Source: an uncultured bacterium (GTDB taxonomy: Bacteria > Margulisbacteria > WOR-1 > CAVSGV01). Taken from it: a stretch of DNA of 64,000 bases. A program made the translations under genes and the position numbers. Under the pieces are notes generated by a model, which was not told the DNA's origin, did no database searches, and was given only the letters and a program-made list of their open reading frames with translations. Of this stretch, positions 37,636 through 45,707 are shown one piece after another. The DNA lies in contig CAVSGV010000001.1 in assembly GCA_963727815.1 (NCBI GenBank), positions 12,055-76,054 of the forward strand. The letters are read 5' to 3'. Numbering within the stretch: position 1 is the stretch's first letter; every line of letters begins with the position of its first letter.

Positions 37636-38477
37636 CGCGCGGCAATTACGTATCCCATCAGTTTGTAGATGAGTTTCGCTGCGGTGTAATCCGGATGGCT
37701 CAAGCCCTTGATGGGAGCTAATTCAACGCAATCAAAGCCGACGATGTTCTTATCTCTGGCCACGGTCTTTAATATATCTAGGACCTGATAGTAATCGAGA
37801 CCGCCGGGTTCAGGAGTTCCTGTTGACGGCATGATGGACGGATCGAGCGCGTCAACGTCAAAAGTGACGTAAACATCTTTTGATAACTGTGACGCTACGA
37901 TATCTTCGAGCTCAAGCTTGTCGGCAAAATGGATCTTGGCGATCTGGCCGGATTCTCTGGCGAATTTCATCTCTGATATATCCATCGAGCGGATGCCGAC
38001 CTGGACAACCGGGCATATTTCGAGGATGCGCCGCGCGGCGCAGGCGTGGCTGAATTTTGAGCCGTGATAAGTGTCGCGAAGGTCCGCGTGGGCGTCGAAC
38101 TGGAGAACGCTGAGATATTTGAATTTTTCTGCGGCGGCTTTGACGGCGAACGGCGTTATCGAGTGCTCTCCGCCGAGCATGACGGGAACTTTCTTGTCAT
38201 CAAGTATCTTTCCGATCCTGCTCTCGATGCCCTTGATATCCCTGATCTCCTTATCAACGTGAATGCCGAACCTCGATGTTTCGCGGTCCAACTCTATGTC
38301 GTAGTCCTCGATGTATTGAGAGGCGGCTAATATGGCCGCCGGTCCTTTTGAAGTTCCTTTGCCGTATGAAACGGTCTGTTCGATGGGTGCGGGAACGACC
38401 ACGAATTTCGAGGTCTTGTATTCCCGATATCTGGGTTCGAGGTCAAGGAATTGATGCGCTGGCATAAGTGGTATCAT
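37605..38477 (-). CDS. speB: Agmatinase (arginase/ureohydrolase family)
   Basis: Metal-site blocks MLGGEHSITP, QFDAHADLRD and TFDVDALDPS. The start may be 38477 (MIPLMPAHQF...) or 38531. Confidence 0.88.
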   Translation of the reverse strand: MIPLMPAHQFLDLEPRYREYKTSKFVVVPAPIEQTVSYGKGTSKGPAAILAASQYIEDYDIELDRETSRFGIHVDKEIRDIKGIESRIGKILDDKKVPVMLGGEHSITPFAVKAAAEKFKYLSVLQFDAHADLRDTYHGSKFSHACAARRILEICPVVQVGIRSMDISEMKFARESGQIAKIHFADKLELEDIVASQLSKDVYVTFDVDALDPSIMPSTGTPEPGGLDYYQVLDILKTVARDKNIVGFDCVELAPIKGLSHPDYTAAKLIYKLMGYVIAAREPATKSRGS

Positions 38478-38621
38478 TATAATTTCAATAATCCATTTGT
38501 AAATGGCGTATATCTTGAAACGTATAATCAACCTTATGTCAACTCGACCGATTGTGAGGAATAACCATTTTTCCTCTTTGTCTTAATGTTTTCCACTTTC
38601 TTTTGCCAGAAAAGAAAGTGG

Positions 38622-38845
38622 AGCAAAGAAAGCTGGTCGCAAGGAGAGGATCCCCTTGCGTATTCCCCTTTCAGCGCACAAAACTCGTGCCCTCATCAGG
38701 CTTCGGGCCTCGTTTGCGCGCAAGGAAAGGGAAAAAAGGCACATCCGGAATTGATATTACTACAGCTACCAAAGTCAAGGCGAGCCAAAGCTGAGAGTGA
38801 CTGCGGCAAACCACTTAGCCAATTTGGGCGCCTTGATTTTTTCTT
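38622..38845 (+). ncRNA. Candidate small RNA of unknown class (speculative)
   Basis: It lies in an orphan 430-bp spacer. Local stems include CGCAAGG/CCTTGCG (38638-38660) and GCGCACAAA...TTTGCGCGC enclosing AGGC-ttcgg-GCCT. A long imperfect hairpin CAAGGCG...CGCCTTG (about 38775-38836) is followed by ATTTTTTC, which resembles an intrinsic terminator. Perfect hairpins flank it at 38593-38621 and 38847-38878. I recognise no known RNA family. Confidence 0.2.
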
Positions 38846-38928
38846 GTTACTTCTTTTGTATCAAGACAAAAGAAGTAAGAGAAGAAGGTGTGTTTGGTGT
38901 TGGGCTAGTCTTTACATAAGGTTGATTG

Positions 38929-38956
38929 TTGACGCTAGCTGTCAAAGCATTACAAT
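38929..38956 (+). promoter_or_regulatory. Candidate pcm promoter (would give a leaderless or near-leaderless mRNA)
   Basis: TTGACG (38929-38934), a 16-nt spacer, then TACAAT (38951-38956). The pcm ATG is only 8 nt further on, with no Shine-Dalgarno sequence. Confidence 0.35.
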
Positions 38957-38964
38957 ATCTGTGC

Positions 38965-39615
38965 ATGAACGAAAAGGAACTGACCGAACTCCGCAACGCG
39001 ATGGTGGATATCCAGCTCGTCCCCCGCGGGATAACAGATAAACTCGTGCTTGAGGCCATGCGCAACGTCCCCCGCCACAAGTTCATGCCGAAAAATCTGG
39101 AAGACGCCGCTTATGAGGACAACGCTCTGCCCATCGGAGAAGGACAGACCATCTCCCAGCCTTTCATGGTCGCGATAATGACAGAAAAGCTCGGGCTCAA
39201 CGGCGGAGAAAAAGTGCTCGAGATTGGCACGGGTTCGGGCTATCAGTCGGCAGTGATCGCCGAGATCGCTTCAAAGGTCATCACCATCGAAGTTGTCTCA
39301 GCCCTGGCTGAAAGATCGAGAAAATTATTCGATGAGCTGGGTTACAAGAATATCGAGATGATCTTAGGCGACGGAACGCTCGGATATCCAAAAGAAGCCC
39401 CGTTCGATGCGATCATCGTGACCGCTGCGGCGCCGTCGATACCCAAGCCGCTGATCGAACAGCTTAAGGACGGCGGAAAGCTTGTGATACCGGTCGGCGA
39501 GATGTTCGGCCAGACGCTTACGGTCGCGACAAAACACGGGAAAAAGATCGATATCGAAGAGTCGATCGGTTGCGTTTTTGTTCCGCTTGTGGGAAAGTTC
39601 GGCTGGAAAACCTGA
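38965..39615 (+). CDS. pcm: Protein-L-isoaspartate O-methyltransferase
   Basis: MNEKELTELRNAMVDIQLVPRGITDKLVLEAMRNVPRHKFMP...TISQPFMVA...LEIGTGSGYQSA, the canonical PIMT blocks. Confidence 0.92.
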   Translation: MNEKELTELRNAMVDIQLVPRGITDKLVLEAMRNVPRHKFMPKNLEDAAYEDNALPIGEGQTISQPFMVAIMTEKLGLNGGEKVLEIGTGSGYQSAVIAEIASKVITIEVVSALAERSRKLFDELGYKNIEMILGDGTLGYPKEAPFDAIIVTAAAPSIPKPLIEQLKDGGKLVIPVGEMFGQTLTVATKHGKKIDIEESIGCVFVPLVGKFGWKT

Positions 39616-39770
39616 TCTTTCATCTCACATCTCGCATCTCCCATCTCTTGTCATTTATCAAAATTTATGCTAATATCCCTCTTTGCGTGTCAAGCCACGA
39701 AAACCGCCGATAATAGCGCCCTGAAACGGCGGCATCACAACAAAACCGGGCGCACGGAGGAGTGAGCAGT

Positions 39771-41195
39771 ATGGCAGAAGAACTTAAGGCAACGTCATTG
39801 GGAGGTTTCAAGGACAAGTCCGCGGAAGACATAGACGCGATGATAAGGGAAACCCTCGAAGAGAACAAGAAAGCCTCAACAGCCCCGAAAAAAGAAGAAG
39901 AAGAAAAGGTCCAGGGATTCAAGGCAACGCACATCAACATATCGCCGGTAAAACCCGTCGAAAGGATCGGAGCGCAAAAGACCCTTGCTTCCGTGAACGC
40001 CGCCCCGACGGCAAAACAGGAAGAGGAAATGGCTTATGAAGCCACTTTCAAGAGCTATCAGCCGGGCGATGTGGTAAAAGGCACCATAGTAAAAGTTGAT
40101 CCTTCCGGCGTCCTCGTCGACATCAAATATAAATCCGATGGATTCATTGCTCCGGCGGAACTTACCGACAGATCGTTCAGCAACATCAACGACATCGTGA
40201 AGATCGGCGACAAGATAGACGTGATGATAATGAAGCTCGAGGACAAGGAAGGCTATATCGTCCTGTCCAAGAAGCTTGCCGACCACGAAATGAGATGGAA
40301 GACGGCCTTCGATGCCTACAAAGGAAGAAAAGTGCTCGAAGCAAAAGTTACTTCCGCCGTAAAAGGCGGCCTCGTGGTGGATTACGAAGGCATCCGTGGT
40401 TTCATTCCGGCCTCGCAGGTTGCGAAAGAATCCGAGGAGCCCATCGAAAGCTTCGTCGGCAAGACGATCCCGATAAAGATAATAGAGATAAACAGGCGCC
40501 AGGGAAAAGTGGTCATGTCGCACAAGATCGCCGCGGGAGAAAAGGTAAGGCCGGACGTCACGAAGGTGCTTGATGAGCTGGAAGTCGGGCAGACAAGGCA
40601 CGGAACCGTGACCAGCCTGAAGAACTTCGGCGCGTTCGTCGACATAGGCGGCATTGAAGGATTGATACACCTTACGGAGCTTTCGTGGAAGAGGGTCAAT
40701 CACCCGTCCGATCTTTTGAAGATCGGCCAGGAACTGGACGTTTTCGTCCTCGGAGTGGACAGGGAGAACAAGAAAGTCGCTCTCGGGTTAAAAGAGCTTC
40801 AGCCCGATCCGTGGGTAAAAGCGGCGGAACTTTATCAGCCCGGCCAGATAGTAAAAGCGAAGATAGCAAGGTTCGTTAAGTTCGGCGCTTTCGCGGAACT
40901 GGATGGGAACCTTGAAGGTCTCATCCACATATCAGAATTATCCGACAAACCGATAAGCAGGCCGGAAGACGCTGTTGCGGTCGGCGATACTGTGGACGTG
41001 AAAGTCCTCAAAGTGATCCCGGAAGAACAGAAGATCGGTCTTTCAATAAAAGAAGCCAAGAAAGAAGAAGGGCGTAAGGAACTAAAGGATTTCCAGGAGT
41101 CCCAGCCGGAAGAAAAGAACACGGTCACCATCGGTGATATCGTGAAGGACAAACAGTCCTTCGACCTATCTCAGGACAAGAACAAACAGGCTTAA
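39771..41195 (+). CDS. rpsA: 30S ribosomal protein S1 (four S1 domains)
   Basis: There are four S1/OB repeats (GDVVKGTIVKV..., VLEAKVTSAVKGGLVVDY..., TRHGTVTSLKNFGAFVDI..., GQIVKAKIARFVKFGAFAEL...). The ATG at 39771 follows GGAGG. The GTG at 39762 is also possible. Confidence 0.9.
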   Translation: MAEELKATSLGGFKDKSAEDIDAMIRETLEENKKASTAPKKEEEEKVQGFKATHINISPVKPVERIGAQKTLASVNAAPTAKQEEEMAYEATFKSYQPGDVVKGTIVKVDPSGVLVDIKYKSDGFIAPAELTDRSFSNINDIVKIGDKIDVMIMKLEDKEGYIVLSKKLADHEMRWKTAFDAYKGRKVLEAKVTSAVKGGLVVDYEGIRGFIPASQVAKESEEPIESFVGKTIPIKIIEINRRQGKVVMSHKIAAGEKVRPDVTKVLDELEVGQTRHGTVTSLKNFGAFVDIGGIEGLIHLTELSWKRVNHPSDLLKIGQELDVFVLGVDRENKKVALGLKELQPDPWVKAAELYQPGQIVKAKIARFVKFGAFAELDGNLEGLIHISELSDKPISRPEDAVAVGDTVDVKVLKVIPEEQKIGLSIKEAKKEEGRKELKDFQESQPEEKNTVTIGDIVKDKQSFDLSQDKNKQA

Positions 41196-41240
41196 TAATA
41201 AGCTCTATCTCTTTAAGCTCAAATATTTATTCTTTTGCCT

Positions 41241-41456
41241 TTACTTATTGCCTTTACTAATGTAAACCGTATCTTTATAGCTACAACCACCGGATACAGA
41301 TCCAGCAATTGGCTTCTTGCCCATATTTTTCTTTGCCTCCTGCTGAGAGTGATACCGTAAAGCCTGTTGCAACTGAATCCGGTTATGCTTTTTATGCTCT
41401 TCTTGTAGCTGTCTTTCTTTTACCTCAATTTGAAAAACGGGACCGCCATGTGACAT
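41241..41456 (-). CDS. Hypothetical small protein
   Basis: 71-aa version MSHGGPVFQIEVKERQLQEEHKKHNRIQLQQ..., preceded by a strong AGGAGG. The longer ORF reaches 41576. No recognisable family. Confidence 0.4.
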   Translation of the reverse strand: MSHGGPVFQIEVKERQLQEEHKKHNRIQLQQALRYHSQQEAKKNMGKKPIAGSVSGGCSYKDTVYISKGNK

Positions 41457-41593
41457 ATTAATCAACCTCCTTATTGTCTTTCTTCCAATACACCTTGAGC
41501 ATCGACCTGACACTGGCTTTGAGCCGTCCATACTCCACTCAATATATTTATCGATAATTTTCGATAAGAATTTCACGAAAGATCATCGTTTCT

Positions 41594-42136
41594 ATGGTAA
41601 AATACAGAATAATGACAAAAGAAGAACTGGGGAAACTTGTTAAAGAAGCGGCGCTCCTTAAAGGCGAGTTCATTCTCCGGAGCGGCAGGAAGAGCAATTA
41701 TTACTTCGACAAATACCTCTTTGAAACAAAACCCGAGGTCCTGAGGCCGCTGACGAAAGAACTGGCAAAACTTCTTCCTCCTCTTGATTCGTTCAACAGG
41801 CTCGCGGGACCGGAACTCGGAGCGGTCGCATTGGCAACTGCCCTCTCGCTTGAGGTCAACAAACCTTTCGTCATCGTCCGCAAAAAAGAAAAAGGATACG
41901 GCACGGACAAGATCGTCGAGGGCGAAGTAAGCAAAGGCGAGAAAGTCGTTATCATCGAGGATATCCTGACCTCAGCCGGAGCCGCGATAGAATCCGCCGA
42001 TAAGCTGAAACATTCGGGTATAGAGGTCGTGATGATCATCGGCGTGCTCGACCGTGAAGAAGGCGCGAAGGAGAACATGGAATCGTCCGGATATATGTAC
42101 AAGGCGCTTTTCACTAAATCCGAACTGGGAATATGA
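41594..42136 (+). CDS. pyrE: Orotate phosphoribosyltransferase
   Basis: 180 aa with the PRPP-binding block VVIIEDILTSAGA and an FILRSGRKSNYYFD N-terminus. It overlaps pyrF. Confidence 0.93.
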   Translation: MVKYRIMTKEELGKLVKEAALLKGEFILRSGRKSNYYFDKYLFETKPEVLRPLTKELAKLLPPLDSFNRLAGPELGAVALATALSLEVNKPFVIVRKKEKGYGTDKIVEGEVSKGEKVVIIEDILTSAGAAIESADKLKHSGIEVVMIIGVLDREEGAKENMESSGYMYKALFTKSELGI

Positions 42137-42942
42137 CGTTCATAGAGAGACTGGACGAAGCATCAAAAAAGAACAATTCGCTCCTCTGCATCGGGCTTGA
42201 TATCGACCTCAAGAAGATCCCGGCTTCCCTCCTGAACAAAGGCGACCCCATTTTCGATTTCAACAAGGCGATCATCGATTCAACGAAGGACCTTGTCTGC
42301 GCTTACAAACCGAACATCGCGTTCTACGAGATGTACGGCATCTACGGCCTTCAGGCGCTGATAAAGACCATCGAATACATCGGCGGCGAGGTGCCGGTGA
42401 TACTCGATGCCAAGAGAGGAGATATCGGCAACACCGCTCTGGCATACGCGAAGGCGGTGTTCGATGTCTTCAAGGCCGACGCCGTGACGCTGAACCCTTA
42501 CATGGGATTCGATTCCATCGAGCCTTTCCTGATGTATAAGGATAAAGGCCTTTTCATCCTCTGCCTCACATCGAACCACAGCAGCAAGGATTTCCAGACG
42601 GATGGAGCCGAACCCTTATATAAACAGGTAGCCAAGAAGGTGAAGATATGGAACAACTTCGGCAACTGCGGGCTTGTGGTGGGCGCGACAAATCCTGAAG
42701 AGCTAAAGGAGATACGTTCTATCGCCGGTGAGATGCCCATATTGATACCTGGCATCGGCGCTCAGGGCGGGGACCTTCATTCATCCGTCCGGTTCGGGGT
42801 AACAAAAAAAGGCGACCGCGCTATCATCAATTCTTCAAGAGGGATAATTTACGCTTCCACTGGCGAGGATTTCGCGGGCACCGCAAGGGTCGCGGCGAGG
42901 AAGCTCAAAGAAGAAATAAACAGTTATCGATTCGTTGGGTAG
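42133..42942 (+). CDS. pyrF: Orotidine 5'-phosphate decarboxylase (long, type 2)
   Basis: 269 aa: LCIGLDIDL...ILDAKRGDIGNT...PGIGAQGG, the type-2 OMP decarboxylase blocks. Confidence 0.93.
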   Translation: MTFIERLDEASKKNNSLLCIGLDIDLKKIPASLLNKGDPIFDFNKAIIDSTKDLVCAYKPNIAFYEMYGIYGLQALIKTIEYIGGEVPVILDAKRGDIGNTALAYAKAVFDVFKADAVTLNPYMGFDSIEPFLMYKDKGLFILCLTSNHSSKDFQTDGAEPLYKQVAKKVKIWNNFGNCGLVVGATNPEELKEIRSIAGEMPILIPGIGAQGGDLHSSVRFGVTKKGDRAIINSSRGIIYASTGEDFAGTARVAARKLKEEINSYRFVG

Positions 42943-43013
42943 TCACCCTGAGCACTAGCGAAGGGTCTGCATTTGATAAAAATAGATTCTTCGGCCTTCA
43001 GCCTCAGAATGAC
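42942..43013. repeat. Short palindromic repeat element, copy 2
   Basis: GTCACCCTGAGCACTAGCGAAGGGTCTGCATTT...GCCTCAGAATGAC. It fills the convergent pyrF/trpA gap and supplies the last codons and stop of trpA. Confidence 0.6.
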
Positions 43014-43753
43014 AAAGCTTTTTTCAGGCTCGAAACATATTCACCGACATTCCCTTTTCTCGCAATGACATCGATGACCGCACTGCCCACAATAACTCCG
43101 TCCGATAGTTTCGTCGCGGCCCTCGCCTGCTGAGGCGTTTTTATCCCAAATCCAATGGCTATCGGCGTATTCGTGAGCTTTCTCAGCTTTGATATCGTCT
43201 TCTGGGCTTGAAGGTGAAGGCTTTTTCTTGCCCCCGTGATGCCGGATATCGATACAGCATATATGAACCCCGATGACTTTTTGGCTATCATTTTTAGTTC
43301 CTTGTCACTGGAATTTGGCGCCGCGAGGAATATCAGGTCAAGGCCATGTTTTTTTATCAAATTCGACGCGTCGACCGGAAGGTCTGGGATTATCAGACCG
43401 TCGATGCCGGCTGCTTTTGAATTTTTCACGAACTTATCGACGCCGTATGCGCTCAGGATATTGAAGCTTGTCATGAATATCAAAGGAATGTTCGACCTCT
43501 TCCGGATATTTCTGGCAAGCTTGATCGCATCTGATGCCGAGGTGTTTTTGTTCAAGGCTCTCAAAGCTGATGCCTGGATGGTCGGGCCGTCTGCAATCGA
43601 ATCGGAAAAAGGAATGCCGATCTCGACAATGTCCGCTCCGGCTTTCTCTATCTCATAAACCAGCTTTTCGGTCCTATCGATGTTCGGATCGCCGGCCATT
43701 ATGAAGACGATCAATGCTTTATCGTTCTTGAATGTATTCGATATCCTGCTCAT
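43004..43753 (-). CDS. trpA: Tryptophan synthase alpha chain
   Basis: 249 aa: ...FIMAGDPN...[20 protein letters not shown]...GFGI..., canonical TrpA. It overlaps the trpB stop. Confidence 0.95.
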   Translation of the reverse strand: MSRISNTFKNDKALIVFIMAGDPNIDRTEKLVYEIEKAGADIVEIGIPFSDSIADGPTIQASALRALNKNTSASDAIKLARNIRKRSNIPLIFMTSFNILSAYGVDKFVKNSKAAGIDGLIIPDLPVDASNLIKKHGLDLIFLAAPNSSDKELKMIAKKSSGFIYAVSISGITGARKSLHLQAQKTISKLRKLTNTPIAIGFGIKTPQQARAATKLSDGVIVGSAVIDVIARKGNVGEYVSSLKKALSF

Positions 43754-44925
43754 CTTGCTCCTCTAACTATTCCCATGTCTTTATCTCCACGCCCTGACAA
43801 ACAAACTATCACTATCTGATCCTTTGATATCTTCATCTTCTTTAGATACGCAATGGCATGTGATGATTCGAGGGCTGGAACTATCCCCTCAATATCTGAC
43901 AATAGCCTATATGCTTCCAGCGCTTCTTTATCCGATACCGAAACATATTTAACGCGGCCGATGTCCTTAAGATAGCTGTGCTCCGGCCCCACTCCGGGAT
44001 AATCAAGTCCGGCGGATATGGAGTGAGTTTCGGATATCTGCCCATCCTTCGTTTGAAGGAGATATGTTTTCGCTCCATGAAGAACACCAACCTTGCCAAC
44101 CTCAAGTGTCGCAGAGTTCTTTCCAAGCCCCATCGATGTTCCTCCGGCTTCCACTCCGAACATTTTTACTTTTTTATCATCAAGGAAAGGATGGAACAGG
44201 CCTATCGAATTGCTCCCGCCGCCGACACACGCGACCAGAACATCAGGCAGTCTTCCTTCGGCCTCCAATATCTGTTCTCTCGCTTCCCTGCCGATGACCG
44301 ACTGGAAATCCCTGACCATCATAGGATACGGGTGAGGGCCTATCACGCTTCCGATAAGATAATACGTGTCCGGGTTCGCCATCCAGTCGCGCAATGTTTC
44401 ATTCACGGCATCTTTCAGCGTCCTGCTGCCGGACATGACGGGCCTTACCTCAGCACCGAGCTCCTTCATCCTGCGTACGTTCAGCGACTGCCGCTTGATG
44501 TCTTCATCGCCCATGTAAACGACGCATTTAATTCCAAAAAGTTTGCAGGCCGTGGCGGTGGCGACGCCGTGCTGTCCCGCTCCGGTCTCCGCGATGATGC
44601 GCTTCTTTCCCATTCTTTTCGCGAGAAGTATCTGGCCTATGCAATTATTGAGCTTGTGGGAGCCTGTCTTGCACATATCCTCTCTTTTCAGATATATGCT
44701 TCCGCCGTAAAGTTCCGACAGGTTCCCGGCAAAATATAATGGCGTTGGCCTGCCAACAAAATCCTGAAAGTAATGCTGGAGGTCTTTCTTGAATTTCCGG
44801 TCGTTCTTATATTTTTTGTAGGCGGCTTCAAGCTCAAGCACAGGTTTCATGAGCGTTTCAGGCACGAAACGCCCGCCGTATTTGCCGAAATAGCCATTCT
44901 TGTCGGGAAGGTCCTTAAAGTTCAT
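43750..44925 (-). CDS. trpB: Tryptophan synthase beta chain
   Basis: 391 aa: [13 protein letters not shown]...KTGSHKLNN (PLP lysine)...GGGSNSIG. Confidence 0.96.
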   Translation of the reverse strand: MNFKDLPDKNGYFGKYGGRFVPETLMKPVLELEAAYKKYKNDRKFKKDLQHYFQDFVGRPTPLYFAGNLSELYGGSIYLKREDMCKTGSHKLNNCIGQILLAKRMGKKRIIAETGAGQHGVATATACKLFGIKCVVYMGDEDIKRQSLNVRRMKELGAEVRPVMSGSRTLKDAVNETLRDWMANPDTYYLIGSVIGPHPYPMMVRDFQSVIGREAREQILEAEGRLPDVLVACVGGGSNSIGLFHPFLDDKKVKMFGVEAGGTSMGLGKNSATLEVGKVGVLHGAKTYLLQTKDGQISETHSISAGLDYPGVGPEHSYLKDIGRVKYVSVSDKEALEAYRLLSDIEGIVPALESSHAIAYLKKMKISKDQIVIVCLSGRGDKDMGIVRGAR

Positions 44926-44980
44926 AGTGGGGTTATTCTATATTATAGGAGAGTGTTTTGAAAGCCGAACATAATAACCG

Positions 44981-45238
44981 TTATTTCTTTTCTTGTTCGT
45001 GTAACGTTTTCGAGATCCAGGCAAGCAATTTAATCAAAGGTGGATCTTCCACAAATCCAAGGACTTGTCCGTTATCTCCAATAATTAGGCCATCGACCGT
45101 TATCCTGATCTTTATCCCCTCGATTTCATCTTTGAGCGGTTCATCTTTTTGTCTCATCGCTTGCTTCCTGGCGTTTTCCTTTCTATGTTTATAATATCTG
45201 ATCGAATAATATAGATTAAGCCACGGTTGAATAACCAA
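44981..45238 (-). CDS. Hypothetical protein (possibly the 3' part of 45154-45552 after a frameshift)
   Basis: 85-aa ORF overlapping the next ORF by 85 nt in another frame. No recognisable family. Confidence 0.3.
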   Translation of the reverse strand: MVIQPWLNLYYSIRYYKHRKENARKQAMRQKDEPLKDEIEGIKIRITVDGLIIGDNGQVLGFVEDPPLIKLLAWISKTLHEQEKK

Positions 45239-45552
45239 GCGGGTGTAACTATTATCATTACGGTAACAGCAAGAGGATATAAAACAAGAGGATGTTCATA
45301 CCATTTCCTTGGAGCAGAAAAATCTGGTTTGGGATCGTTGTTTTCAATATCTGAACGCGGGTTTTTCACAGGCAAATTGCTTTCTGAGGTTTTCATCAAA
45401 TCCGCAAGCTGCACGGGCGGCGGAACTATAGGCATGCCTCCGATCCCATTCGTATCCACTGCTTTAACAAGCGCATTCGTGTCCAACCCCGCGAATATTT
45501 TCATGTCACCAAAAATACGATTAACTCCATCCATCGAGAACATCAAACCCAT
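45154..45552 (-). CDS. Hypothetical membrane protein
   Basis: 132-aa ORF with one C-terminal TM helix (HPLVLYPLAVTVMIIVTPAWLF). No recognisable family. Confidence 0.45.
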   Translation of the reverse strand: MGLMFSMDGVNRIFGDMKIFAGLDTNALVKAVDTNGIGGMPIVPPPVQLADLMKTSESNLPVKNPRSDIENNDPKPDFSAPRKWYEHPLVLYPLAVTVMIIVTPAWLFNRGLIYIIRSDIINIERKTPGSKR

Positions 45553-45668
45553 TGAAAATACTCCCTACGTGAAATTTATATTGGAGATCGACCATCTCCC
45601 CTGTCATATATATATCGTCAAAAATTACCGAAAAATTCGTCATTCAGAGCACTATTCTGCGGCCTCAT

Positions 45669-45697
45669 TTGCCTTTTTCCCGCGATACATATATAAT
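45669..45697 (+). promoter_or_regulatory. Candidate clpC promoter
   Basis: TTGCCT (45669-45674), a 17-nt spacer, then TATAAT (45692-45697). The clpC ATG (45708) is only 10 nt downstream. This is a sequence match only. Confidence 0.3.
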
Positions 45698-45707
45698 ATT
45701 CCTTCTT

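Noticed and set aside
38586-39041. A 151-aa plus-strand ORF and a nested 63-aa ORF in the speB-pcm spacer.
   Set aside because: The translations are Lys/Arg/Ser-rich nonsense running through hairpins and a terminator-like element and into pcm in the wrong frame. There is no RBS. The region is treated as non-coding.
45553-45707. CtsR (GGTCAAA repeats) or CIRCE (TTAGCACTC-N9-GAGTGCTAA) operators upstream of clpC. The sequence CGTCAAAAATTACCGAAAAATTCGTCA caught my eye.
   Set aside because: It is only a loose resemblance to a CtsR direct repeat. There is no CIRCE match and no ctsR or hrcA gene in the window, so this is not enough to call.
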